DNA of 61,151 nucleotides, the filler included, from Sphacelaria rigidula (lineage: Eukaryota): assembly GCA_964200075.2 (NCBI GenBank). It is 8 parts of 8 records of this genome, joined end to end, with 100 filler letters (N's around TTAATTAATTAA, not from the genome) between each part and the next. Parts side by side here need not be neighbours in the genome. Positions count along the whole stretch, not along the records: positions 38,284 to 45,839 come from CAXNAA020014348.1; positions 45,940 to 53,495 come from CAXNAA020014349.1; 6 more parts are not named here. The stretch is one strand, 5' to 3'. Made by a program: the position numbers and the translations under genes. The stretch's first letter is position 1, and each line of letters begins with the position of its first letter. Positions 38,350 to 51,101 of this stretch are shown one piece after another. The notes under the pieces were generated by a model that was given only the letters and a program-made list of their open reading frames with translations, was not told the origin of the DNA and ran no database searches.

Positions 38350-41300
38350 TTCGGAGCCCGGGTAGTCTTCCCGGGCCCGTTTGCGGCCAACCGTGTGATC
38401 ATGGCGTGCTTCGGGAGAAGTGTTTCACCCTGCCAGACAAGGACCCCCGCAAACCGACAACTCTTGCGGATGATCATCTCGATACGTTCGCATCGATTCA
38501 TCTTGAGCACAGCTCTGCATGAAGAGTCTGGAGTTCACTGTGACACTTCCCGTTGAAGCCCACTGTTCGCAGGGGGATGTTTGCGGTCGGTGGGCGTAAT
38601 GCGCGTCGAAGTCCTCTCAGCACAGCATCAAACGTAGCACACCCGGTGTAGCAGAGATTCCAGTCACTCAGCCATGATGAAGCAGAACTGTCGCGATACC
38701 TGAGCATCTGGTTGATCGTAGAGTTGGGAATTGTACTCCACGAGCTGTGACCACGCAGCGCTGATACGGTACATCATTCCGATGACAAATATTCGCGTCT
38801 TCATCGATGACACCACCAAAATATATAGACTTGGTTATTTTCCTGTACTCTTGGCCTGCTTCCTCGATATGCAGTGCGGTCGTTGGGAAGCTAGGCACTG
38901 GCCACAGGTGCATGAGCTCTGCCTTCTCCCATCCCGTTAACAAGAACTCCTGACAGGCCACGACAATCACAACCATCATCCTAGGGAGCCCGTCTGGGTG
39001 GCTCGAGCCTATGCCTGCGTGACCAGCGTCAAGCATATCTCACAGCGTGCGCTGCGCCGTCTCCAGCGACGTCTCGATTCGGGGGTTACCGTCTCCACTT
39101 CTTCGCGGAACTTTCTGGTAAAGTCGACCCCGCTTCAAGGACACACATTTTTTTGTACACAGGTGTCCTCATCCTGGGGAAGTTTCATTACGATTCTGGG
39201 GACCATAACTCACCACCCCCGGGATTGATGGAGGCATGTTATGGGTCAAATGAATCGTCTTTGAGAGCAGCATCAGTGTGACAAGAGAAATGTTCTGTTG
39301 CTGACTAAAATAAAGTCTATGACCAAGATGTGCTGTTGATTTATTTCACCCTCGTGAATCTATGTGGCTGTTGCAGGACTCTTGCCGACTTCTGATCAGT
39401 CTATACAAATTTGACTCCTTTGCGTTAGTCTCATACCATTGTGGAGCAGCAGTTCAGACAGGCGCTTGTTTCAGCGACGACGTGTCATTCAATACGATTC
39501 ATTCTGTGCCCGCAGAAAAGCAGGTGCAGCAGCCGATCTTTCTCTGTGTGGGTAATTTTCGTACACAGGAGATGCGGTACGCTGACGTGCGCATGCGGAA
39601 AGTTTTTTCTTTCTGGGGGGTTCCCCGGTTTGTATTCTATACCCGCCCTGCATGTTCATCATCTGCGGGGCACCTTGCTTTTGAAAAACATAGTGTCTTT
39701 GAAGCGGGGAGCGTCCTTTATTTTGGTTCTCCTAAAGCGGGGTCGACTGTACAAACAGCCTGGGACAATGGACCGGTCTGTCGCAAAAAGTCGGAAGATC
39801 CCGTCGATCACTGCGACGCCGAAGATGTTGCACAGTGGTGCGAACGAAGTGCATCCCCTGGCAGGCGCCGAATGACTCCGATAGTTCGCCATCATCCAGC
39901 TGCATTTTAGCCTGCATGCCATCGTGCGACACACGGACGACCTTGATCATCCGCGTCGAGACCCCGAAACGGGTAAAATGCTTGCCAAAAGAGCGTGCGG
40001 CCTACGGAGTCGTGCGTCTTCTGCAGGTCGATGACATCTCTTCACTGGGGTATTGCTCACCCGTCCCAGCTTCTGTTGTCGCGACACGAATATGACGTCG
40101 GTACTCGGTTGTTGGCGCCCGAATCCGCCCTGTTCTTCCGAGGAATTCCCTACCTCCGTGCAGGATCTGAAACCGCGAAACCTAGTGGCTACGGCTTTGC
40201 GGAGAACTTGACTGGCATGTGCCACGAGAGATATATCCCTGTAGCCACAATACTCGTCCCTATCCTTTTTGTCTGGCACGTTTGAAGTGGCGCCGTCCAA
40301 CTCCTGCGGCTCTTCAATACATGTCCAAACAGCAACGATCATACTTTCGACGTGGTACAGAATGTCCGAAGGCTCCTCGACCAATCCGAGCTTGAGAAAC
40401 TCAGCAGGTGGAACATCAGGTCCCGTCGCTTTGCCGTCAGCGGTATCCCTCAGGGTCTGTTTTGCTTCGTCAAGACTTGGTGCACCTCCCCGAACGACAC
40501 GGATTTTCGAAAATAGCGTGATGCTCTCGATGACGGTGGGATCGATAGTTGCCGATATTACATTCTGGAACGTAAGCAGATGCACTTTCCATTTCTCACT
40601 GATCGCATTGCTGTGCCGCAGCAGTTTCCCCCTTTCATCCTGGATACACGCTTCGCTCTCTAGCTTTTTCCCCACGCAAACCTCCGTCCTACTTTTAGAT
40701 GCTCGTTACCAGCCTCTCATATCTTCAATCCAAATGTACGCCTCCAGTTCCTTCGTGCCCACCTCCAAGTACCTGTTCAAACGGGTTTGGATCACCCCCT
40801 TCAGCACCCTTTTTACTTTTCGTAAGGTGCACGATGCGGGTCTATCTCTCCGTCCATCTCATCGCCGACCTTGCCCGCTTCCGCTTATTCCAGCCCTGAT
40901 CGACCGCTTATTCCAGCCCTGATCGAACTCGGTTGGGCTCGCACCGCCCTCAAACCACTTGTACACGGGGCTGTCGGGTCGAACACAACATCGCCTTATC
41001 GGCGGATATCAGGGGCGTGGAGGCGAAGTTCGCAGCCAAATCACCGACGGCATCTCCGGGTTAGCCCTGCTTGAGCTCGCTGGCGGCGAGCTACATGAGT
41101 CGCGGACGTTCGTCGATGTCAGAAGTTTTTGTTCACTCACCATATGTGGGTTTGAGTACATTTGAGGTTTGTCGACGATACTCGTCGCGTGCGAATCGGA
41201 CGAGGAGTGGCACTGTGGCGCACACGATGTCGAGGTCTGAGTTCCACTTCAGCGGTTATACAGGTGAACAGTGACATGCCGGACACGCCGGCAGCGGGCA
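38350..41300 (-). mobile_element. RTE-type LINE relic (endonuclease end + RT), interrupted by a MITE
   Basis: GKATGPDVPPAEFLK, YRDISLVAHASQVL, EEQGGFGRQQPSTDVIF, HDGMQAKMQLDDGE, degenerate YADD region MLDAGHAGIGS..GLPRMM, IYFGGVI. Confidence 0.9.
39121..39749. mobile_element. 629-bp pogo/Tigger-like MITE inside the LINE RT
   Basis: TIR (C/A)AGTCGACCCCGCTT with TA on both sides (39119-20, 39750-51); LINE homology resumes on either side. Confidence 0.85.
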
Positions 41301-41354
41301 TGCCGGGTGGTGATGCAGCCAGTAAGTTTCTTGCTCGCAGGATGGCTCGCACTA

Positions 41355-41897
41355 CAGTAGTGGGCGGTCTAACTATTCACTTTATGGCATTTTGTGATTT
41401 TTCGTAAATGGCGATTTTCTCGGACTCTTCACGCTTGCCATCGCTCATCACATCGGGGATCTGAAGATATTTGTATTCGCTCCACATTCCAAGAAGAAAA
41501 AGACACCTGTACTCAATATTGAGTGACTTACGGGCTGACAGGTCATCGGGGGTCTTGCCACGTTTCAGCCCAGATTCCTACTCTCTTGTATTTCTGGTCG
41601 ATCGAGCCTGTCCCGATCACATTTGTGAAGAAATGAACAGTTTTATTTTTCCGAAATTCTGTTTATTGCAGCAGGGCCAAAAGGCTGTGTTTCACGGTCA
41701 TTAACACCCTCCTGATAAACGGGGAAGTTACTCGTTTTGCCCGATAACACCAACTGGCACTGACTTGGGCACTGTGTTTCGAGGATGATCTGTTCATTGT
41801 ACCAAAATCTACCGACGCTAGCAATTTCGAGTTCTATCAAAGTAGTACGCGAGGAAATGCCCACAACACCCCTAAAAAGTTAGACCGCCCACTACTG
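41355..41897. mobile_element. 543-bp Tc1/mariner-type MITE
   Basis: Perfect 20-bp TIR CAGTAGTGGGCGGTCTAACT; TA TSD at 41353-54 and 41898-99. Confidence 0.92.
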
Positions 41898-42675
41898 TAC
41901 TTCTGAATGTACGCGGCATGCCGATCTCGGAGGTGAAGACCTGGGCAAGCCTGTTTTCACCTGCGAATTATAGCTTGCAGTGCCATTGCTATAGCTATAA
42001 CTATAGCTGGCCCAGGAGTCTCTTCTGCATGTTCCTGCTTTTTTACGCTGATCTCTCGCTCTTACCCCAACCCTAGCGTAAACGTCTATCGAAACATACA
42101 GGTCGTCACTTTGTTGGAAAGTCGGCTCACAGTGGCGCCCAACTCATTCCAGAATATGTCCCTATCTTTTTTAGATTTACATGAGCTCCTGAAGCAGTGC
42201 TGGACGCAAAAGGCCGGTCTCGTGTTGCATACATCCATCTTATAGCTCAGCAGGAGCCCAATATCCCAAATGCGTACAGCTTTTAGCGTCACCCCCTGGG
42301 CACACAACCTCGACAAAAAATATGTATCACCAGAAGGATCCCTATTGTAGTAGCAGGGATCCCACAAGACGCAGGGCAAGCATCCTTCCCAGATCACAAC
42401 GATCCGCACGGATGCCTCACCAGAATTCTGATCGCGATCGACCATGGGAGTTCTGTACTGCGAATGAATTGCTGCCGCTTACCTGACGTGAGGCTTCCGA
42501 ACTATTGCTTGAACGCTTGCACAGTTCAAGCAGTGTCGAGAAACCCCGGGTTCCAAGCTGAGACATCATAATCCCCGCACAACTGTAATACTGGCACTTG
42601 TACCTCACTATAATTTATCGCAAGGGCTGTACGTCTACTGGTGCAGTACATACGCTGGAGTCTGTCGGAACGTAC

Positions 42676-42796
42676 TTGCCCTTATCCCCGCTCTTCATGG
42701 CACCCTTCAATTGCGCGGAAATATCCTCGAAAATTCCCATGGAGAGGCTCGAAGCGCCACGCGTGCTCGTGGTCGCAGAATACGTGTGAACGACCG
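42676..42796 (-). CDS. YqeY/Aim41 (GatB/YqeY domain) protein, exon covering the transit-peptide end and domain start
   Basis: VVHTYSATTSTRGASSLSM-GIFEDISAQLKGAMKSGDK resembles the YqeY N-terminus (I..DLK.AMK.KDK) after a Ser/Thr-rich presequence; acceptor cgaag| and donor |gtacgt. Confidence 0.7.
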
Positions 42797-45436
42797 CTTC
42801 GGACGGGAAAAGACAGTCGATCAGAAGCAAGCGACAAACAGAAAAAAGAGGAAACAGATTTTTGTCAGGTATCGCAAGCAGAATAGCACCACGTCAGTCA
42901 GCGAAATAAACGCGAAAAAAATAGTTCGAAATTTGGGAAACTCATACTGAGCGGAGACGATCCCTTTTCACCGCTCGAACACTGAATGCAGAACGAATAG
43001 AGGTACAGTATTTACATAAGCGCAGGAGTAACCCGTGGGTTACCTCTGGATCATCCCGGAGTGTCAGCAGTCGTCGGGATGCGGAAAAGAAGATGAGGGC
43101 ATGGCGTCTGTAACGGGTTAGTTCTAATACAACTCGAAAATCCCGATTGTGATACACGCTTCATGATAAATGTAGCAAGAAGCGCTCTGGAGCCACGAAT
43201 CGCTGTTTCTGGATCCCCCCATCGTGCGCGCTGTCTGGGGCACCGTGCGCAAATAAATGTCTGCCCCGAACTGCGAACGCTGCACTGAAATCATCTCGCG
43301 GGAGAACTGATCGCATGCAGCAATTCCGGATTTCCAAGGCCATCTGTGGGTGTTCGAGGAGCTCATCAATTCCAGCGGCGCCAGAAGGCACGGATGGACC
43401 CTGCCTGGACCGCTGGGGAAGGGTGAAAAACAACTGCTGTGGTCATGAGACAGTACATACGAGTAAGGGGTTGAGGACCCCTGAAAAACGGCATGGTGTC
43501 ATCGAGGGTGGTGTTCGCAAACAGGAACGTACTTGCCCACGGTTGAGGGAGGCCGATGCACGATTCCTCTCTTTGTGCTCCATTTCATCGCGCCACGGCT
43601 TGAAAAACCTTCGTTCATGCACGATATACCGCTCATCGTTGCGTTCACCCATCACAGTCAAAGTATTTAGTCGAAGCTCAGACACAAAAAAAGACTCTTG
43701 ACACGATGTATGCGTTGTACGGTACCTTTGGGCGCGACGGCACCTGCAGTCTAGGCGTGGTACATCCATACATAACTATTGCTACCGCTATGTGTTTGCA
43801 ACCAAGCCGAGATGGTCTTGGTGGGCAACCAAGACTCCTCTCGTCGAGGGGCGTATGTATCCACAAACGTATCCGCCGCTTGATTGACTTCGCAAATGCA
43901 GAATACGGCCAGCGGGAGGTAGAGACGAATCCTCGTGCACCAAGGGCAGTTGTTGGCTACCGCTGCAAAACGACGATGACGGTCACGCCCGCCACTGCAC
44001 ACGCCGCCATTGTCAGCTGCTTGGGGCAGAGGGGTGTACAAGAGGAAGCCACTGCGCTAGCCGGCTTTCGCGTGCATGCCTTGCCCTTTCTCGGGCTGGT
44101 ATGCTTGTTGCTTTGGTTGTGCTGTGCGTCTGTGTGGGGACTGACCTGCCCCCTAGAGGGCGCGAGTAAAGGCCTGCGTTCAAAGCTTTGTTCTAAAATC
44201 AAGTGACTCACCCCAAAAGCGTACCGGAAAGTATCTACCGCAGTCCGAATTGTACAATACGGGTAGGACCAGCCTAGAACCAACCCTAGGTGTGACATTA
44301 CATTTCCCACCTCAATTATGCGAGTTATGATTTGAAATTCGATATGAGGTATCGTAGGGAAAAAAACAAGAAAAATAAAAGTTGTACTCTCTTTCAATTT
44401 CATCAGTTAACGGCGAGGAACAATGTTCACAAAAATAAATAGAAAGCGCCCCCAACTCAACAAAACGCGAAAGGTGCAGCATGTCTTGCTTTCATGATGC
44501 CTCCAGAATACTCCGTACCACATTTCAAAGCACAGCTCTCACGACTCAGCTGGAAATCTAGATTAGGTGCCTTCCCGTGTATCATAATGAATTCGGTATG
44601 AGATCTTATGCGCGCCAGATGTCTCAATACACATTGCGTTTAATATGAACGTGGGAGTATCGATCGTTTTCCCGTGCTCTAGGGAATGCCAACACCAAAA
44701 ATCAGCGACAACCGCTTCACACATATATTTGGGGCTTTGCATAGACTTCAATTTCGAGATACTCCCGTACGTGACGTGTTGTCCTCGACATGGGGTTTAG
44801 TCAGCAAAAAGGCATCTGACCGGGCTATTGAGTAGATGGATATTTACCCATCTCGATTAGACGATTAACAAGGTGTGTGGATCACGGCCCAATTCGTCTG
44901 CGTCGATGAGGTATGGTTGTGACAGCTCAAGTTCGTTTTTAGGCTGGCCCAGCTCGTAGTATCCGATGATCCCACAGTTGCAATAAACGTTTGTCACCCT
45001 CTGCTCGCTGTTCTTCATCCATCGGCACTTTTTTCTAGTTGTCTTAGCTCGGTCGGTACGATATCTGCCCGTAATTTATTCAATCCCCGCGAGATGACAA
45101 AGATAACACAATGTGCCATATCTGCATCCGCGCTTGTTTGCGCATTGGTTGTCGAAGGGCTGATCCAATCCGTACGACGCATGACATAACAACAAGCGCG
45201 CCGCAAATGGTGGGGTATGACTCACCGTACCCGCCGCCAATTGAAAGCTAAGGGCGCCGCTAGGACAGCCGTGGCTGTTAACTAGTGTCCACCAAAAGAA
45301 CTGTTCCGAGCACCCCCAATAGCTCGTCTAACTGTCATCTAACCAACGGACCTGGACAGTCAAGGAGTCGACCCCATATACCACCTTCGGAAATCTCATC
45401 AGGATGGTAGCAGATGATCCTTCTTGGTGAAAAATC

Positions 45437-45575
45437 CACGCCCTGTACAATAGATTCTCTTGTACAAAAACTGTACTGCGTACAGTATGGAATCTTTTGT
45501 CTATTGCAATAAGCGCAATAGTCGATACTGTACGCAGTACACTTTTTGACGGTGTTTTTTATTGTCCAGGGCGTG
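45437..45575. mobile_element. 139-bp MITE, same family as 24414-24551
   Basis: TIR CACGCCCTGTACAATA / TATTGTCCAGGGCGTG; internal TACTGCGTACAGTAT / ATACTGTACGCAGTA inverted pair. Confidence 0.8.
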
Positions 45576-45839
45576 GGAAAATCATGTCACAACAACTGTT
45601 GATACGGTCATCATAAAAAACAAGACTCGGCACTTTCCGTATGGCGGCCGTATTTCTCAGCTTCGACACGATAACCCAACTCACCCCCACCCCACCTTTC
45701 CCCGCTCTCCATTTTTTCAAACCAAAAACGGGGATCTTCGAGTTTTGCTGAGAAGTAGCTTCACCCGATTAGCGTTTTTCAGTCTCCTGTGCGCAGGTTC
45801 TGTAGAGTATCTCTTTGAACAGCACTCCAGACAGTAAAC

Positions 45840-45939
45840 NNNNNNNNNNNNNNNNNNNNNNNNNNNNNNNNNNNNNNNNNNNNTTAATTAATTAANNNNN
45901 NNNNNNNNNNNNNNNNNNNNNNNNNNNNNNNNNNNNNNN
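45840..45939. other. Artificial contig spacer
   Basis: 44N-TTAATTAATTAA-44N. Confidence 0.98.
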
Positions 45940-46000
45940 CCCGGGGAGCGGTTGATTCTCATTTCAAAATACGTTCTCATTTTTCTGGCAACCCAGTTAA

Positions 46001-49000
46001 TTGTTGAAGAAGGGGGTTAGGTTTCAGTTTACTCAAGACCACGAAACCATAGCCAAGGAGATGTTATCATCCTTGACCGGTACGAACGTTTTAGCATTTC
46101 CGAACGACGAAGATACAGCGTTGGGAAAACGCCCATATATGCTCACCACAGATGCATCTCTGGATGGTCTGAGCGCGGTGGTGGAACGACGCCAAGAGGA
46201 TAACACGGTTCGACCTCTTGTTTTTCTTAGTCGAGGAACACTCACACTATTCTCCGGAGTGCCGTTTGAAATCTATACTGATCACCCACCTTTGCGAAAA
46301 ACATTTAGCCTTGCAGAAAAGGTTCCGAGAGTTCAGCGCTGGCACGAATTTTTAAGTGCGTACACTTATGAAATTAAGTACAAGCCAGGACGCGTGAATG
46401 CGAATACGGATATGTTGTCTCGTTTACCACAGCCGCCGGATGATAATGATATGTCTGGGGATGCCCGAATAACGGACCCGGGAGACATGCATGTCTACTT
46501 TATTGGCGCTGGTGGAATATGGCCGAGGAGTATTAAAACCTCGACCAGGAATGGACATGTAGGGTCGGTAGTGAGTACCCACGATTCACACTTGAATGGG
46601 CTAGACCCTGGATCGCTTCTTAAAATTGGGGGAAAAGACGTAAGTGCAGTACCGCTCACGATCTCTGAAAAAGCTGACCTAAAATGGATCGAGCTCCAAA
46701 GAGCGAGGGATAGTATTAGTGCACGGGTGGAAAGTGGAAAAGTGAACAAGTCTTCGTACGTGGTACAGGATAATACACCATTAATTTCTCCACGGATTGG
46801 TGACATGATCAGAGAACAACGGGAACAAGGATTGACTTTGGATGCATGTCCGATCACCAAAGTTGGGAGAAGACTGCTACAACCTCGAGAACATAGAGCC
46901 GTGTTAGTCATTGAACCCACGACCAATAAAGGAAGTAGTAGTGCGGGGCCATTAACAACGGTGCCGCCGACTCTGGTAGCAGAAGAAGCCTGTCATTTTG
47001 GGGAATGTTTGTGTCAGAGATCGGCAAACGATTGGGCTCAAACACAGCAGGAAGATCTCACGTCGAAACAGTAATTGAATATTTGCGAAAACGAGTGACG
47101 GTGTTGACGAAGGATCAAGAAAAGGGGGTTCCCACACGAATTGACCTATCTGAGTTCAAAAGATTACTGAAACAGGGAACACTTTTAGAAATATCGGACG
47201 GAGGTTTATTATTAGTAAAACAACAGACAACAATGCCCAGTCAACTGGACCGAAACCCGGGACAGTTCGAGAGGTATTTGGGAGAAAAGCCAACCAGAAC
47301 GTATGTGCCACCGCTTTTGAGACCTTGGGTAATGGACCAAACTCACAAAGAAGCAATTCATTTGAGGGAAGGTATCACGTTATCTTTGTTAAAAGGTATT
47401 CATGGTGGATTGGGATGAAAGACAGTGGTAAATTCTGGATCAGGAGATGTTATACATGTCAAAGCTCGAAAAAATCCAAGAGACACAGTAAGGTGGCCAC
47501 TTATTTCCTCACCACTGCCGAGCCAACCAGGGCAGATGGTTTCGTTTGATTTGTTGGGCCCATTACCAAAATCAACAAAGGGGAATACATACATTATTTT
47601 GATGGTGGATCTGTTTAGTAGACATGAGGAGGCGTATGCTCTTACCAAAGAAGAGAAAACAGCGGATGGTTGTGCGAATATCTTAGCGCACGATTGCATC
47701 CCGAGATGGGAATGTCCTCACACGTTTTTGTCGGATCGAGGAACGGAATTTACAGCAAAAGTAGCAAAGATAGTCTATGAGATGTTGAAAGCCGTGAAAC
47801 GATACACGAGCGCGTATTACTCACAAACTAACGGAATGGTGGAGCGACTGAACCACATGCTACGTCAGATGTTGTCGTACCTAGTGGCAGACGATCAAAA
47901 AGACTGGAATAAGCTATTGTTACACGCAATTTCTGCACATAACAACAATGTAAGTAGAGGAATAGGGTTAGCGCCGAACGAGGCGCATGTCGGGAGATAT
48001 CCAAGGTTATCTATGACCATTCTAGAAAGAAGGGGTGTGGTAGGACACCAAGGACTGAAGGCGGACCAACTCGAATATTTGCAGTCGATGAAGGATCATC
48101 AAAACAAAGCATACGATCTTGTGAGACAAGAGGACTTTCTGATAAAATCCAAACACGAGGAAAATAATGAGCAGGTGGAAGAAGTTCTAAATCGAAAGCC
48201 AAAGTGGGAGGTGGGCATTTGGGGCTTTGTGTACGACACCAAGGGTACTATCATGTCAGGGAGAGCTGCGGTACGCGAAGGAAGAAAAACAGCCTTATCG
48301 TCGAAACTGTCGCATTCTTGGCGAGGGCCGTACAAAATCTTGGTGGTGGGACCAGGTATTTCGGAAAAGGGTGAGCTAGTGAGAGAAAAACTAACTACTG
48401 TTGCTTGAACTCCGGAAAAATGAGCCAGGGGCAATCATGAGTCCCCGAGTTTCTGTGTTGAGATGTAAGTGGTGCTTCAATCCAAAAGATGAACCGGAGC
48501 CGCGGAAGTCTCTTCCCTGAGGTTTAAGTCAGTATTTGTTGAATCAATATTCGGAACTATCACCCCCGTTACATCTAACCGAGGAAGATGTGTCGGTACA
48601 GCTGCACACGTATAGGCTGAAGCCCACAAAGACTGTGAGTCACCGTGTATCTCGTGGTTTGGGGGGAAAACTCTCAGTTCAGTATCTATTATATTGGGAG
48701 AATTTGGAGAGGCCCAGGTGGGAACATGAGAAGGATATAAAACAATATGGACGGGTAATTTTGACGTACTGGATGGGAAATCCCAGAATGGAGAAGCCAG
48801 ACAACTCGAAGTACCGAAAATACCGCATACATTTGGCAAGACGAGCGGAGGCTAGAGAACGGGGAGAAATGTTTGTGGCTCAAGGCTATGAGTTGAGAAG
48901 CAATGTCACTGCTGGTTCTCATGTGTATGACCCGAAAATCGTCGGTTGTTATATATACTATCGAATGCAGACGACAGGATGGCTTCTAGCCCAGGTGATG

Positions 49001-49135
49001 GGTGTGCAAGAGGATGCGGCGTTACAGAGGCGCCCGCACACTTTGAGGATGTTGAATCTGGGAAAGAGGTACAACGTTCACCTCTCACTGGAGAATTTGA
49101 ACGCATCGAGGAATCAAGTGAGGGATTGGTGCTGA
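46001..49135 (+). pseudogene. Gypsy pol (RNase H, integrase, chromodomain), disrupted
   Basis: LTTDAS, FEIYTDH, RWHEFLSAY, NANTDMLSR; HHCC remnants; FDLLGPLP, SDRGTEF, NGMVERLN, WRGPYKI; chromo-like VQYLLYWENLERPRWEHEKDI. Split into four or more ORFs. Confidence 0.93.
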
Positions 49136-49918
49136 CATGTTCATGTGCAGCGCGGGACTTAAAAAATCTTTGCACATACGCTGTAGCTGGAACGCTGGAG
49201 GATACCATCGACTATCATCGGAATTGAAGACGGACATCACAAGATTCTAGATAATTGGGGATGGGTTTGGCATCGGTACACGACGACGAGAAGGATATGA
49301 AGCTGCGCCAGGAGAACGATGGAATGGCTAGACTAATTTTCTTACCTTGGTTGGAGTGTTTTTCTCCATTTTACTTTGAAGTTGACTGTTGGAATAATCG
49401 TGTAGGTTGAACACGGGCAGTATCTTTGAGGAAGGGGACCGATTTGTGGAGTTTTGGGAAAAGAAATCAAGGTAAAGTAGTGAATATTACATTTTTCGGG
49501 AGTCTATTTTGTAGTACTAAAGCATTTGGGGCAGCTGGTTTGAGTATCAATTGGAAATATTGAGGCTTATCAGAGTTTCGGCGTTTTCAATTAGTTTGTT
49601 CACCGAATTTATCTAAACAACAGATTAAATTTAGGTCCACAGAATGGGCTGATGTGGTGAGCCAAGCTCTCGGAGGCTTTATGGTTTTGAACGGAACTAG
49701 TTTTAGTTTGAAAATGTGAATGTATGCATCGGGGAATCGGGGTATAGGATGATAAAATAATCCTTGTCCGGGGTACAGAGACGGTTCTGTGGTGTTTGAA
49801 GGCTCAGCGGGCATTATTCTGGCTACGGGCCATAAGCACGCTGACGTATCCTATGTTGAAGTAGTAACAGTCAGAAAAAACTCGCATCCCGGATCGGAAG
49901 GTCAGAGCAGAAGGGGTA

Positions 49919-50369
49919 TGTTGAAGGGTAGATTCACGAAACATAGCGTCTTTTAATTATGTTTTGGACTTCGTGCAGCATAAACCAGCTGTTGGGTGTG
50001 TTTGACGACTGAAAAGTGGGTTTTTTAGAGTTAACATCACAGGTTAGGTGAGCAAGTACGATTGAAGACATGAAGAGACACCGAGGTGAGGACCGAAAGA
50101 TTTTCTGTCTTCACCCCCGCGAGTCACTCTCTCACTTTACGGTCCTTAGTTTCTGGTTTGAAAATTGGTTTTGAGTTGTATTTGTGGTATTTTAGTGCAA
50201 CGGCATCGGGGCGTCACCAGCAATATACTCAAGGAAGAATCAAAAGAGCCTATTCTCTCATCTTGGCATATCAGTGCCGGCATCTCTCTTGGATTGTGTT
50301 TGGACAAGACGTCCGACCTTCATAAAAACAGTTGAACCTATATTTGGGAATAGAGCGAAGACTTCAACC
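49919..50369 (+). repeat. Gypsy 3' LTR
   Basis: Purine tract AGAGCAGAAGGGG directly upstream; starts TGTTGAAG and ends CTTCAAC(C), a terminal inverted pair. Confidence 0.7.
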
Positions 50370-51101
50370 CTGGCAACACCGTACTTACTTAATTTGGTTA
50401 CCAACCTGTGTACAGAAGCTTAGGTTTGCGCACTAGGGCAACATGCTTGAGTCGAGCATCAACTACAGTAGGATACGCAGTTGACACCGCTCCCTACGTG
50501 ACTGTTTACATAAGACAGAGATTTAGGTTTATCAATCGTTTTTGAGTCATGAGTGCGCACTGTTCACACATGAGTGCTATCTCTGGATTTGAGAGTGTCG
50601 AGTACCAGGGTACATGCTCATTGATTTTGCACGGAATGTGTAGTCATGTACGATTCCGGACAGCCTTTCAGGCTGCAGGCACCGAAATTTTGATGCCATG
50701 AAAATAGCCCGAGTGTATCTGCCTAGGGATGAAATTCCAAGAGTAACGACATTTCTTCAAGTAAACGCATACACCTGTACGCAAAATAAACATACTGGTT
50801 TTTGCATATTAGCTCAGCGTATCTTGGTTGAGTTTTTGGTTCGATTTAAGCTGAGTTGTACCCATCAGTACAGCGTACCTTGTGGCTGTTTTTCGTAGTA
50901 CTCTTAGTTCATTCGTCTAGTTCACAATTTGATTGAAATTTGATTTGCTATCCACGTACAACTCAAGGGGTTGTGTTGGAAATTTATACAGTCAGCAATC
51001 CAGCTGGTTATCTTCTGTGTGTGAGTGTTTACTCTGTAGAAAATGGTGCGGGACAGTATGCTCTGGTTCAACTAGGAGCCACCCAATATTGGCCCAGTAT
51101 A

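Larger units (their letters stand above)
45940..50369 (+). mobile_element. Ty3/gypsy (chromovirus-type) LTR retrotransposon, 3' half
   Basis: RNaseH-integrase-chromodomain order, followed by a PPT and LTR; the 5' part lies beyond the contig start. Confidence 0.95.

Noticed and set aside
43740..44011. Signal-peptide-like first exon for the YqeY gene (MAACAVAGVTVIVVLQR*..ARGFVS)
   Set aside because: In-frame TAG after 17 codons and no convincing donor in the right phase.
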